From NCBI GenBank assembly GCA_051294905.1, contig CM119376.1:29264001-29328000 (forward strand): 64,000 bases of DNA. Reading direction: 5' to 3'. This DNA comes from Botryllus schlosseri. Its lineage: Eukaryota. Position 1 is the first letter of the stretch; each line of letters starts with the position of its first letter. Shown here piece after piece: positions 33,901 through 45,100 of this stretch. The translations under genes were made by a program, and so were the position numbers. The notes under the pieces are model-generated. The model did no database searches. It was not told where the DNA came from and saw only the letters and a list, made by a program, of their open reading frames with translations.

Positions 33901-34347
33901 TGAGTCGTTTGCACGAATGGAGCAATTTTCATCAACACCGGTAATGTTTGTGAGCAAACAAATTGAGTGACGTTAGACGATAGGCTTGACAAGACAGAGC
34001 AAACAACATTGTGCCACAAAATGCAGGACCGGAGTAGCTCGCAATACCATTATGGTGTTTTAATTCTGCAAATATATCGCCTCATCGACATTGCAGGTCA
34101 CGACATCTATGTACAACGAAGTAGTCGATTCATCATAGCTTTCACATCGAATTGAGATATACATTTACCAAGCAGAGCCGCAAGGTTGCAGCAAAGAACA
34201 AGAGAAAGCTATTTGCTGAAGAAATCAAAGGCAGTCAAACACAGTAAAGTAGATACTCGTAACAACAGAGTACATTGAAAGTTTTTCCACCAAAAATATG
34301 ATCCACAAAGGAAAAACTTTTCATTATGTTGATTCTTCTGTCGTCAA

Positions 34348-34762
34348 CAGGGCTGGGCAAAATCCGAGTACCTGAGTAACGGAAGATTAGGTACGGGGTG
34401 GAAAGTTCAAATATGTACCATACAGAAAATAGTGCCAGTTCTACCTCACACTAAATATAATTGGGTATTTTCAGACCATACCAATTTCATTGCACTTTGT
34501 GACAATGCTGTGGGTTGATCGCAATTTCACAGAAATTTCATCACCATTAAAGTGTGTAGCCTTGTAATACATGTTTGGTATGCTGCGACACAACCGATCG
34601 AGGTTTCAAGACTTGCACAATAGTAAATCATAATTCTCGTCGATAAATTAACTGTCAGTGTAAAGGGGCTTATACTTTCAGTACTAAAAGCCTCTCTCAC
34701 TACACGACTCATTACAATGCTCGATTTAGGTTCAAGTACTCAAATAATTGTGCCCAGCCCCG
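34348..34762. mobile_element. MITE family D (TIR (T/C)AGGGCTGGGCA), about 70 bp past the LNX stop
   Basis: CAGGGCTGGGCAAAAT...TTGTGCCCAGCCCCG, related to 38006-38435 and 52666-53180. Confidence 0.7.
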
Positions 34763-34832
34763 CCATCAATTGCAACTCCGCTGTACGTACGATAAATCCC
34801 CGCACTAGGGTTAAGCGCAACGCACAGTACAG

Positions 34833-37800
34833 TCAATGTAAGCTCCCGGGCCACGACACAACTTTTAAAGTAATACACGTGACGCTACGTATCATATGTA
34901 ACACTTGCGCGTGATTCATCTCGCGCACCGGTCTTTTATTGATCGCCACTATTTCGTCCCCGCATTTTAATACTTTGCTGGCAGGTGAGTTTTTCGAGAT
35001 ATGGGTTATGAAAATCGGGATTGGCGTCGTAGCGTCTACGATACCTTCCGAGATTTTAAAGCCGTAACTCGTACCGCTCTGCCGCTTCAACACGAGCTCT
35101 TTCATCGACGAGAAATCTCTAGACGCGGCCAACCACATTTTCCAAGAAGGCGCCCAAGTGCTGGGATTCTGATGCAGCGACGTTAGCTCGTCCCACAAGG
35201 CTTCGTCTTCCGCTTTTCCATCATATTCAAGCTCGTACACGACTAGCACCACTTCTCTTTGCTGCGCGCACTCGCGCAGGACGCCCATCGCTTGATTATG
35301 CGATAACCCGGTGAGTTTGATAGAGTTAATTTCGGACAACAAGTCTCCACGTTTGATTCGTTTGTCTTTTCCCAATACTGAAAAAGGCAGTACGTTTTGT
35401 ACGAAAATCGGCAGGTTACCGTGCGGGCTGCAGTTTCCTCCCGAAACCACAATACCAAGATTATCACGCGGAGATTTAACCACAGAAATCATTTTTTTAG
35501 TACGTTTGGACTTTGATATTTTCGGTTTCACCACATATGTATCTGATCGGTTCAATTTCGCTTTCCGTGATTTTTCTTCCTCCACCGATTCATTAAACAT
35601 AATCACGGCGGAACTCGTAGTTAGATGACGCACATGGATTTTTACTTCCTTATCGCAACTGCCTATAACGCGAGCAGCGTGTTCAGGCGTGCTGTCCGTT
35701 AAATCGGTGTCGCCGATTCGCAAAATTCGATCTCCGACTTGTAATCGGCCGTCTGTTTTCGCAACTTGATCAGGAATCAGTTCGATGATATAAACGCCTT
35801 TATCGCCAATTTCGCTCGATGATATCCGAATGCCGAGTTGCTCCAAAGGTGGCTTTACCAAGCACACAGTCTCCTCGTGAGCACTTTTGCTTTTACATTT
35901 GTTCTGCGGCTCCGTGATCTCATTAGAGTCATCGTTATTGTGGATATCACGCAGTAAATGAAACTTCATCAAAGACGAGGGCTTCATGAGGATCGATCTC
36001 GCTTCTGCGTGAGTCACAGAAAACATAGACTCTCCGTTAACTTCCACAAAGATATCACCGACGTGAAGACGACCGTCGTCAGCCACCAAACTACCAGGAA
36101 TGATTTCCTGCACCATCACATATTGAACAGGAGTGTCATTACCACCCACAATCATAATCCCGAGTTCGGCAGTGCCTTCGGGCCGGAATAAATCAACAGT
36201 TATGTCTTCAGAGAATGGATGCAAATCCGATAACTTGTCCGTTAAATCTTTAAACCGACAATTTTCAATGTGAGACTTCATTTGAGATCTAGGACAGCGG
36301 TGGAGGCACCCGTGCATCGATTTCGGACATCTGATCACAACGCCCGGGCAGTTGTCCTGTAAATGGTCTTTTAACTCGCAGCGGGGCAGTGTTTTCTGGC
36401 ACACCGTATCATAAGGACAAGTGACACTCAATTTATTGACGAGTTTCCTCAAAATCAGACTAGATTGCCAACAGTCCGAGTTTGAATTCGTCAACTTAAC
36501 GCGATCGACCGGGCATATGTCTCTTACTTTCAGATAATTCATTAAACATATGTTGCAAAAAGTGTGACCGCACGCAGTATCGTAGGGGTCGACGAGAGGC
36601 TGCAGGCAGATATCGCACATTAAGTCTTCGTCGACTTCATCAACGTAATCGTACTCGTGATTTTCCGTGACGCCATGATTCTGACCGCAGATTTTACATA
36701 AAGGTGGCAGTTTGGGAGTAGCGGCTTGAGACACAGGAGTAGATGGAGTATCACTTCCCAAATCACGACTTGAACTACGACTAGAACGGCTGGATGTATT
36801 AACATGTGAGTTCTGTGTAGCTGTCGGTGAATTGAGTGCCTCCAAATCTCTGCTGGACCTACGGCTAGATGTATTAACAGGCGGGTTCTGTGTAGCTGTC
36901 GGTGAATTAAGCGCCTCCAAATCTCTGCTGGACCTTCGACCAGAACGGTTAGACGTAGAAACAGGTGTGTTGTGTGTGGATGTCGGTGAATTAACTGCTT
37001 CCAAATCTCTTGACCTTCGATTAGACGTTTGATCCTCCTGATTCGCCGATATTGAGTCGAGATCTTGGCTGTGCCTTCGACTTGATGCTGGCCTGTTATG
37101 ATAAACAACATCGCCCGAACGTGGAGACATCCTGTACGCAGGTGGAGCGACGTATGGCAGTCTGCGTGTGGAAGCACCCGTCTGTTGCGATGATCTTGGG
37201 GTCTGTTGATTTTGTGCGTCAGCAGTAGCATTTGGACTTATTCTAGTTTGCTGTATCGGTGAATTACGCAAGTTCTGAGTATTTACAGCAGATCTGCTGG
37301 AATAGCAAGGCTGTTCGCCACCACCGACTGATACAATTCTATAGTTGGATTGCGATAAAACAGGGTCTTGCGATGTGCTCGGTAAATCCCCGTAACTGCC
37401 CCGTCGGATATTGGTTGTCGTGCGTTGCCCGTCTAATTTAACGTAACGTGGCTGATGACCGACCGGCGATACATACTGAGGAACGTCATTACTATCCAAG
37501 TGAGAAAAATAATTGAACCCTGTATCGTCGTAGGTGTATGATTCGTTCTTTGTGATAGTTTGGTATCCAAAGTTATCGATTCCTGCCGCAGACGGGTTAG
37601 CGATCATTGTCGGAAGTGAATCAGGCCTTGCCATGAGTTTTTTCTTGCTTTTCCCCGCATGCTTTTTCTGCGGGGTGCGGCTAACCGCCACAAAAGCTAT
37701 ATCCCCCGTATCGCTCTTTATCGCTACTACGTCGCTGTTTACGCGACCGCGATCTTTGGACTTCATAATCGGAGCATCGTTACTGCGATCGTCATCCCAA

Positions 37801-37874
37801 ACGTCGACGCTACTTTCGGGCAGGAAGTCTATGAGGTCCCGGTGACAATTATCGTCGTTATAATTATACTCCAT
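34833..37874 (-). CDS. LNX1/2: LNX1/2-like E3 ligase (RING, TRAF-type Zn fingers, 4 PDZ), single ORF of about 1013 aa
   Basis: CGQNH..TENHEYDYVDEVDEDLMCDICLQPLVDPYDTACGHTFC matches the LNX1/2 RING region. WAPSWKMWL lies between PDZ3 and PDZ4, and the C-terminus is VSWPGSLH. First ATG at 37874. Confidence 0.9.
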   Translation of the reverse strand: MEYNYNDDNCHRDLIDFLPESSVDVWDDDRSNDAPIMKSKDRGRVNSDVVAIKSDTGDIAFVAVSRTPQKKHAGKSKKKLMARPDSLPTMIANPSAAGIDNFGYQTITKNESYTYDDTGFNYFSHLDSNDVPQYVSPVGHQPRYVKLDGQRTTTNIRRGSYGDLPSTSQDPVLSQSNYRIVSVGGGEQPCYSSRSAVNTQNLRNSPIQQTRISPNATADAQNQQTPRSSQQTGASTRRLPYVAPPAYRMSPRSGDVVYHNRPASSRRHSQDLDSISANQEDQTSNRRSRDLEAVNSPTSTHNTPVSTSNRSGRRSSRDLEALNSPTATQNPPVNTSSRRSSRDLEALNSPTATQNSHVNTSSRSSRSSSRDLGSDTPSTPVSQAATPKLPPLCKICGQNHGVTENHEYDYVDEVDEDLMCDICLQPLVDPYDTACGHTFCNICLMNYLKVRDICPVDRVKLTNSNSDCWQSSLILRKLVNKLSVTCPYDTVCQKTLPRCELKDHLQDNCPGVVIRCPKSMHGCLHRCPRSQMKSHIENCRFKDLTDKLSDLHPFSEDITVDLFRPEGTAELGIMIVGGNDTPVQYVMVQEIIPGSLVADDGRLHVGDIFVEVNGESMFSVTHAEARSILMKPSSLMKFHLLRDIHNNDDSNEITEPQNKCKSKSAHEETVCLVKPPLEQLGIRISSSEIGDKGVYIIELIPDQVAKTDGRLQVGDRILRIGDTDLTDSTPEHAARVIGSCDKEVKIHVRHLTTSSAVIMFNESVEEEKSRKAKLNRSDTYVVKPKISKSKRTKKMISVVKSPRDNLGIVVSGGNCSPHGNLPIFVQNVLPFSVLGKDKRIKRGDLLSEINSIKLTGLSHNQAMGVLRECAQQREVVLVVYELEYDGKAEDEALWDELTSLHQNPSTWAPSWKMWLAASRDFSSMKELVLKRQSGTSYGFKISEGIVDATTPIPIFITHISKNSPASKVLKCGDEIVAINKRPVREMNHAQVLHMIRSVTCITLKVVSWPGSLH

Positions 37875-38005
37875 ACCTTCTGAAATCACAAATTTGAAGC
37901 ATGGTTTGCGTGAGTCGAAATTGAAATTTCCGCTCGTGTCACGAAATTGGAGTAAAAATGCAATTTTAATGTATCAAGCAACAAAACGCACGAGAGGATT
38001 ATCGT

Positions 38006-38435
38006 TAGGGCTGGGCGTAACTTTTCGAGTTCACCAATCTGAATCGAGTATTTTAATGATTCGAGCACTGAAATTATACGCTCGTTGACACTAAGAGTTG
38101 ATTTATCCACAAGAATTAGAGTTTCGATATTATTTTCCGTTGTTGAAGGCTGTAACCTTCGAACGGTCATAACGCAGCATACGAAACATGTAGTGAAGAT
38201 GACATATATGTGAAGTCGTGATCAACCGACGGCATTGTCGCAAAGTGCAATCAAATAGGTATGTTATGGTAATTTGATGTAGACCTTGCGTTATATTCCT
38301 TGTGATCGCATCAAAGGTACATATTTGAAATCTACGCATCATTCATACGATGGCATGATAATGAATGTTACTCGAATACTCCTCGTACTCAATTCAGAAT
38401 CGTATCAATCAGGTACTCGATATTGCCCAGCCCGG
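38006..38435. mobile_element. MITE family D copy
   Basis: TAGGGCTGGGCG...TGCCCAGCCCGG with flanks ATTATCGT / GTTATCAT (6/8). Confidence 0.7.
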
Positions 38436-39156
38436 GTTATCATAAGAAAGTCACAAATTAGAAAATACCCTGGAGGACAAATACATGCACGTATACACAA
38501 AACGGAAACTTTGGCGATTGAAGAGATTTGTTAGTCTACAACTTCATGCGGGAGCAAAGTACAAAACCATCAACTCTGCAAAAGGACTTATCTCGATTAA
38601 TCCTATAATGACTACCATCCAATGAACTGGGCAACACTCATGAAGCAAAGCGATAACCTACCAGCTCATCAAGTAAGCTGTAACGGACTTGATCGAACCC
38701 AAATTTAATTTCACTTGAAATCATATTCTACTGAGCATAATATTTAACATTGCATTTTGGCGGATCTAGTTCACCTTTTGATTATTGCACAATTCAGATC
38801 AATTCACTCATATATAGCACAGTAGGTGGTGTCATGCCTCGTTAGTTTTCTACATATTTGAATAGTTATACTACAATTCTACTACAATTGGTTTGAATTT
38901 TGTTCAAAAAAGTATCCAAGAATTTATAGCCAACTGCTGCCATTCAATTGAACGTGAAGAAAACTACAACATTTGAATGTACCAGTTCCATTTTGTTAGA
39001 ATTTTGTTTCTAAAATAGGATCCATTACCAATCCTACAAACATTTATAGCGAACTGTTGCCATTTAATTAGAAGGGAAGGACGTAAAATAATCATTGGTA
39101 ACAGAGTTCAAACTGTACTCAAACTACATGGAAAATGGAACAAGAAAATGGTTGCT

Positions 39157-40539
39157 TTATTCAACTTTCTTTTCCAATTTTTGACTACTCTTCATAGCAT
39201 AACGAACTTGCAGCAAAAGCCACATAACAATGTAAAACAAGTGGCCATAGTAAAACATCTTCATATAGATGGGTGCGTATAAACGCCATTTCCTAAGAGA
39301 AAAATCTAGCAGACAGTACCCGAACAGCAATCGAACGTAGACAAAGCCACACAGATGACCAATCCACGACGTAGATTTTGATGAAAATATACTTTGCACA
39401 AGCTTTGTTTTTCCGAGTTCCTCACGAAGTGGACGTTCCACAGTCATGACCAGAAATTCGTACGCAAAACATGTGAAATAACCTTCATGATAGCCGTGCC
39501 AGAGTGCTAAAAACATCAACGTTGTTATATGAGACACTTTGCGGTTACCAAGAAAACGCAAACGTTTGAAAACGTAACGAGCGACCCACTGATTAGTATT
39601 AATGTTAAACGCTTCAATCAGATGTTGAAAGCTGTTGCAAAATATGTATTTCCTCAGTTTAACATTTCTCACGGCATCCCACTTATTTTTGCCATCTTGC
39701 TTGTAATAACCAAGGCCTGATAATATACAGACTCCTTCGTTAATCATCCATATCGCGACGTACTGCGACAAAAGAATGTGACCTCGCAAACACACTACTC
39801 CGGCTATGTTTAAAAATCCAGAATCTAGGAATCCAGGTTCAAGAAGCGTGCTTTGTGGCATTGCTGCGTCACAAATCAACTGTAGAACGAGGACAAATGT
39901 CCCAGAAAGACAGCGACGAAACGCCGGGACTACAGATCGAGGTCGCTTTCCAGGGTTATCGGATAATTCTCCGGAAACCATTTGGCGAAATCTTCGAATT
40001 GGAAACTGTGGGCCGACGTTAAAACCTCCGTAATAGTAACAAAATCCAAACATTTCCAGTAAACCCGGAATATCGTTTATAAGCAAAGTCTTTTGCTCGG
40101 CAGAGACACCTTTTTCGTCACGATGTCCGTCGTAAATATCCCAACAGAGTCCAATCAATCTCAAAGTTAGTATGCAATGAGCCATAGTCCAATTGACATC
40201 ATAATCTTGAGTGGCCGAAGAGACATACCCAAGAGTGAGGTAAGTCAACTGAAACGCAAACGAAACTCCGACACATAGAGCTCCTGTTCCTACAATTTTA
40301 AACAACAGCCATTGAGTCGTAATGCATATCGCCGAGTGTATAATCCCGTTCCCGTACAACCAGTGAATCAATAGCGCTCCGATTGCGGTAAAAAACGCAT
40401 TCTGGATTCGAGGATCTTTGGCGAAGAGAAATCTTCGGTGGATAGTCCCAAAAATATATCCCAGGTACACGGTGAGTAGTAATTTGACGGCGTTCACAGG
40501 AACGCCGAATTGATCAGCATAATCGGTGACGAAAGACAT
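39157..40539 (-). CDS. LPCAT3: Lysophospholipid acyltransferase 5 / LPCAT3 (MBOAT), single exon, 460 aa
   Basis: FNINTNQWVARYVFKRLRFLGN and LALWHG with the catalytic His, multiple hydrophobic helices, and a C-terminal KKVE ER-retrieval motif. Confidence 0.94.
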   Translation of the reverse strand: MSFVTDYADQFGVPVNAVKLLLTVYLGYIFGTIHRRFLFAKDPRIQNAFFTAIGALLIHWLYGNGIIHSAICITTQWLLFKIVGTGALCVGVSFAFQLTYLTLGYVSSATQDYDVNWTMAHCILTLRLIGLCWDIYDGHRDEKGVSAEQKTLLINDIPGLLEMFGFCYYYGGFNVGPQFPIRRFRQMVSGELSDNPGKRPRSVVPAFRRCLSGTFVLVLQLICDAAMPQSTLLEPGFLDSGFLNIAGVVCLRGHILLSQYVAIWMINEGVCILSGLGYYKQDGKNKWDAVRNVKLRKYIFCNSFQHLIEAFNINTNQWVARYVFKRLRFLGNRKVSHITTLMFLALWHGYHEGYFTCFAYEFLVMTVERPLREELGKTKLVQSIFSSKSTSWIGHLCGFVYVRLLFGYCLLDFSLRKWRLYAPIYMKMFYYGHLFYIVMWLLLQVRYAMKSSQKLEKKVE

Positions 40540-40631
40540 CGTTTTCACGTTAAATGCAACGAAAATCTAGCGACCTTGAAACGAAGCAAATTTGAACGTT
40601 AGTAATGCCATTGTGTCTGGACAAAAGACAG

Positions 40632-41165
40632 CAAGGTTGTAATCAAGTCACAGGGTTCCGAGTCATAAGTAAATCTCACTTTTATAGTTTTGACTCGAGT
40701 CATTTTCAATTCATCGCCGAGTCAGTTCCGAGTCAAATTCCCGGAGTAGAGTGCCGAGTCCGATTCATAGTGTTTTGAGTCGAGTTCGAGTCAATTGGGT
40801 TGACTGTTCAGTTCCGAGTTAATGTCATGTGAAACCCACTTTTTACAACTCTGCTCGCTGATATCGAATGCTACGCATTCAAAATATGCTAATTTTATTC
40901 ATTTTTAACAGTTTCTGGTCGCATTTTCAAGTACCAGTACTAATAGACGAAATAATATTGGTGTGCTAACTTTGCTATTCTTCGAAATTACAATGAAATG
41001 CCTGTCTCGAGTCATATGTCTTGATTCAAGCCATGCGCAATGACTGGAGTACAAGTCGAGTCAATACACAAATTGACTTGAGTCTAGTCATTTCCGTATT
41101 TTGAAAAAATGACTCGAGTCAAGTCGAGTCATCAGAAAATCGCGAATCGAGTCATTACAATCCTG
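40632..41165. mobile_element. MITE family B copy upstream of LPCAT3
   Basis: CAAGGTTGTAA...TTACAATCCTG with flanks AAAGACAG / CAAGACAG (7/8). Confidence 0.82.
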
Positions 41166-42136
41166 CAAGACAGTGTGACCAGACACATTTGCCGGATTAC
41201 AGCATAATGAGAGCGATATGATTCCTTGAGAATCTATTATTTGGTGAAATGATTTTATGTTTAAATTTTATTTCGAATTTCAAGTCAGATGTACAGACAT
41301 TTCACACTCTCACGCTTATGAGGATGAACTCTGATTTCATATGAAATTAACTCGATTATTGTGATATTCTTTTTAATTCGGAATTTCAATAATTCACATG
41401 TTTTTAAATTCAATAATTCTAATTTGATTTGAAAAAACTTGGTTTAACGCTAACTTCGAATTCAAGAACTTCATTCGAGGTTTCGGCGTTTCGCAGAACC
41501 ACAACTTCTTCAGGTGTTAGTTAGCCTATGGTCCAATTGCACCAAAGAAAGGCAAACAATATGTCAGTTGCCATCATGTAAATAATACAAACTGGACTAC
41601 ATTGTGTTTTCACAAGTAAAAAGTCACGAGGGATAGCAAGTATACTAACTATCTGCCCTGGTAATTCTCAACTTGAATTAGAATCAGTTAAATTCTAAAT
41701 TTTCCCAGGCAGTAAGCACTATAGCAAAGGCTCACGTCAAGTCACAGTGATAAACTGATATAATCTGACTGATATAAACTGATATAAATTATTATATCAC
41801 ATCACACACAAGTCCACCACTCCAGACTCCACAATCCACATATATTGTAACAGTTAAAACCAGTATGGTATTAAGCATGAAAATAAAACCAAGTTTTTTA
41901 CAAAATAAGAATATGGGATTCTGGATCCGAACCCAATCTCAAGTTAAAATAACTATAGGCCTATAGGCTAATACACTAATTTCTTGATGGAGATTATCAT
42001 AAAAACTAGACATATACACGTTGAATGAAAAATTAACGAAATAATGGAACTGAAGTGGTAGGTTTCAGTACGAGGGAAACTGACCTGCAAACACTTGGGT
42101 ATTCTTGATAAACCGACTCGACTCATCACAAAGAAG

Positions 42137-45100
42137 CTACAGGGTTGGTTCGATTGGTTTGAAATAAGGACAAATATGTTAGAAATGAGGTGAGTCTCAT
42201 GTCAGAAATGAGGATAGTCATGTCAGAAATGAGGATAGTCATGTCAGAAATAAGGATAGTCGCTATATTCACTATAAAGTCAGTTACAGTACCAGGCACG
42301 ACTTTCTAGTGCTGCTAACCCAGTCCGAACACATCCCAGACATGATGTCCAAACACGCCCCAGACACGATGTCCGGGTATCAACACAGGCCGAACACGCC
42401 CAAGACACCATGTCCGAATGGCAACACAGGCCGAAAACACCCCAGACATGATGTCTGAACACGCCCCAGATACGATGTCCGGGTATCAACACGGGCCGAA
42501 CACGCCCAAAAGACACCATGTCCGAATGGCAACACGGACCGAACACGCCCCAGACACGATGTCCGAGTGTCAACTCAGATCCGAAAACAACCCAGACACC
42601 ATGCTTGAATGGCCGAACATGTCCCAGACACGATGTCCGATTGGCAGCACAGGCCGAACACACCACAGACATGATGTCCAAACACGCCCCAGATACGATG
42701 TCCGGGTATCAACACAGGCCGAACACGCCCTAGACATCATGTGTGAATGGCAGTACAGGCCGAACACCCCCTCCCCCCCAGACATGATGTCCGAACACGC
42801 CCCAGATACGTTGTCCGGGTATCAACACGGCCGAACACACCCAAGACACCATGTCCGAATGGCAGCACAGGCCGAACACACCCCAGACATAATGTGTGAA
42901 TGGCATCATAGGCCGCAGACACAATGTCCGAACACAGCCGAGACACCATGTTTGAATGGCCGAACATGCCCCAGACACGATGTCCGATTGGCAGCACAGG
43001 CCGAACACACCCCAGACATGATGTCCAAACACGCCCCAGATACGATGCCCGGGTATCAACACAGGCCGAACACGCCCAAGACACCATGTCCGAATGGCAA
43101 CACAGGCCGATAACACCCCAGACATGATGTCCAAATACGCCCCAGATACGAAGTCCGGGTATCAACACGGGCCGAACACGCCCAAGACACCATGTCCGAA
43201 TGGCAACACAGGCCGAACACACCCCAGACACGATGTCCAAGTATCAACACAGGCCGAACACGCCCAAGACACCATGTCCGAATGGCAACACGGACCGAAC
43301 ACGCCCCAGACACGATGTCCGAGTGTCAACGTCAACTCAGATCCGAAAACAACCCAGACACCATGCTTGAATGGCCGAGCATGCCCCAGACACGATGTCC
43401 GATTGGCAGCACAGGCCGAACACAACCCATACATGGTGTCGGAACGCCCCAGACACGATGTGCTATTGGCAACACAGTCCCAACACCCCCCAGACACGAT
43501 GTTAATAAGGTTGGTCGTGTTTGAAATAAGGTCAGTCTAGTGTTTGAAATAAGGATAGTCATGTTAGAAATAAGGATAGCCATGTTTGATATAGGGATAG
43601 TCATGTTTGAAATAAGGATAGTCTCATGTTTGGAATGAGGATAGTCATGTCAGAAATGAGGATAGTCATGTCAGAAATAAGGATAGTCGCTATATTCACT
43701 ATAAAGTCAGTTACAGTACCAGGCACGACTTTCTAGTGCTGCTAACCCAGTCCGAACACATCCCAGACATGATGTCCGAACACGCCCCAGATACGATGTC
43801 CGGGTATCAATACAGGCCGAACACGCCCGAGACATGATGTCCGAATGGCATCACAGGCCGAACACACCCCAGACATAATGTGTGAATGGCATCATAGGCC
43901 GACCACATCCCAGACATGATGTCCGAAGTCGCCGCAGACACAATGTCCGAACACAGCCGAGACACCATGTTTGAATGGCCGAACATGCCCCAGACACGAT
44001 GTCCGATTGGCAGCACAGGCCGAACACACCCCAGACATGATGTCCGAACTCGCCGCAGACACGATGTCTGAGTGTCAACTCAGGCCGACACGCCCCAGAT
44101 ATAATGTCTGAATGGCATCATAGGCCGAACACGCCCCAATAACTTCGCTATCTCGTGTCGCAAATTTATAAGGTTGAACTTACTTAATACAGCCATAATG
44201 CACATTTTACCTCATTTTGACGTGTCGCAAGCAATAAAGCACAAGTATGTTTTGGAATGTAATCAAATGTATTGCAAACAAGAATATTCATGAATGCTAG
44301 CTAGGAGAAATCTCAAGATCATGCGTTGTCATGCAAATATTTGTGTAGTCCAGTGGTTCCCAACGTGGGCGATATCGCCCCCCGGGGGGCGATTTGTCGG
44401 TCCAGGGGGGCGAAAATAGCCAAGGGGGCGATAGGGGGGCGAAAACGGACGAAGGGGGCGATAGGGGGCGATGGCGCGTTGAAATGGCTATATTGGCGTC
44501 CATGACCGTAACTGCCACACTCAAACCCCAATTGGGATGGGGGCCCGAGATCGAAGGAGGCCCACAATTCTTTCGTGAATTAACAATAATTATTGTGGAA
44601 ATTTAGGCAACTTTTTCAAAAAAATTCCGCGCTGCGCGCCTTTTCTTGGTCTCATATTTCTTACTTATTGGATACCCTTCCTCCAAGAAATAATATGCAT
44701 GAGTTATATAAATGGGCATCTCGGCATCAGTCACACCATGTCGCACCAAGAGATATGTATAGTCTCAGGCCATGTAACATGCGACTCCGAGAAGTGGGCC
44801 AGAACGCGAAAACCTTAGGGAAAAGGCCTGCCTTTATGCTGACCGACTTCGATATATATACGATAGACATATATATTTAATTGTATATATGCGCCTAAAT
44901 GGCTGGCGCCAAATGTTCCTGTCCTGGCAATCAGAACCCCACAAAATTATGCCATCTCGCAGAGAAAAATTAATTGCCTGTGCAGACATACCAATTTCAA
45001 CTCGTGTGAATCTTTTAGTTTAGTACGTATGGGCGATTTGAATATCTTTTGGCATAGCAGACAGGCCACAAAATGTCATTACGTAACGAAGTCATTATAC

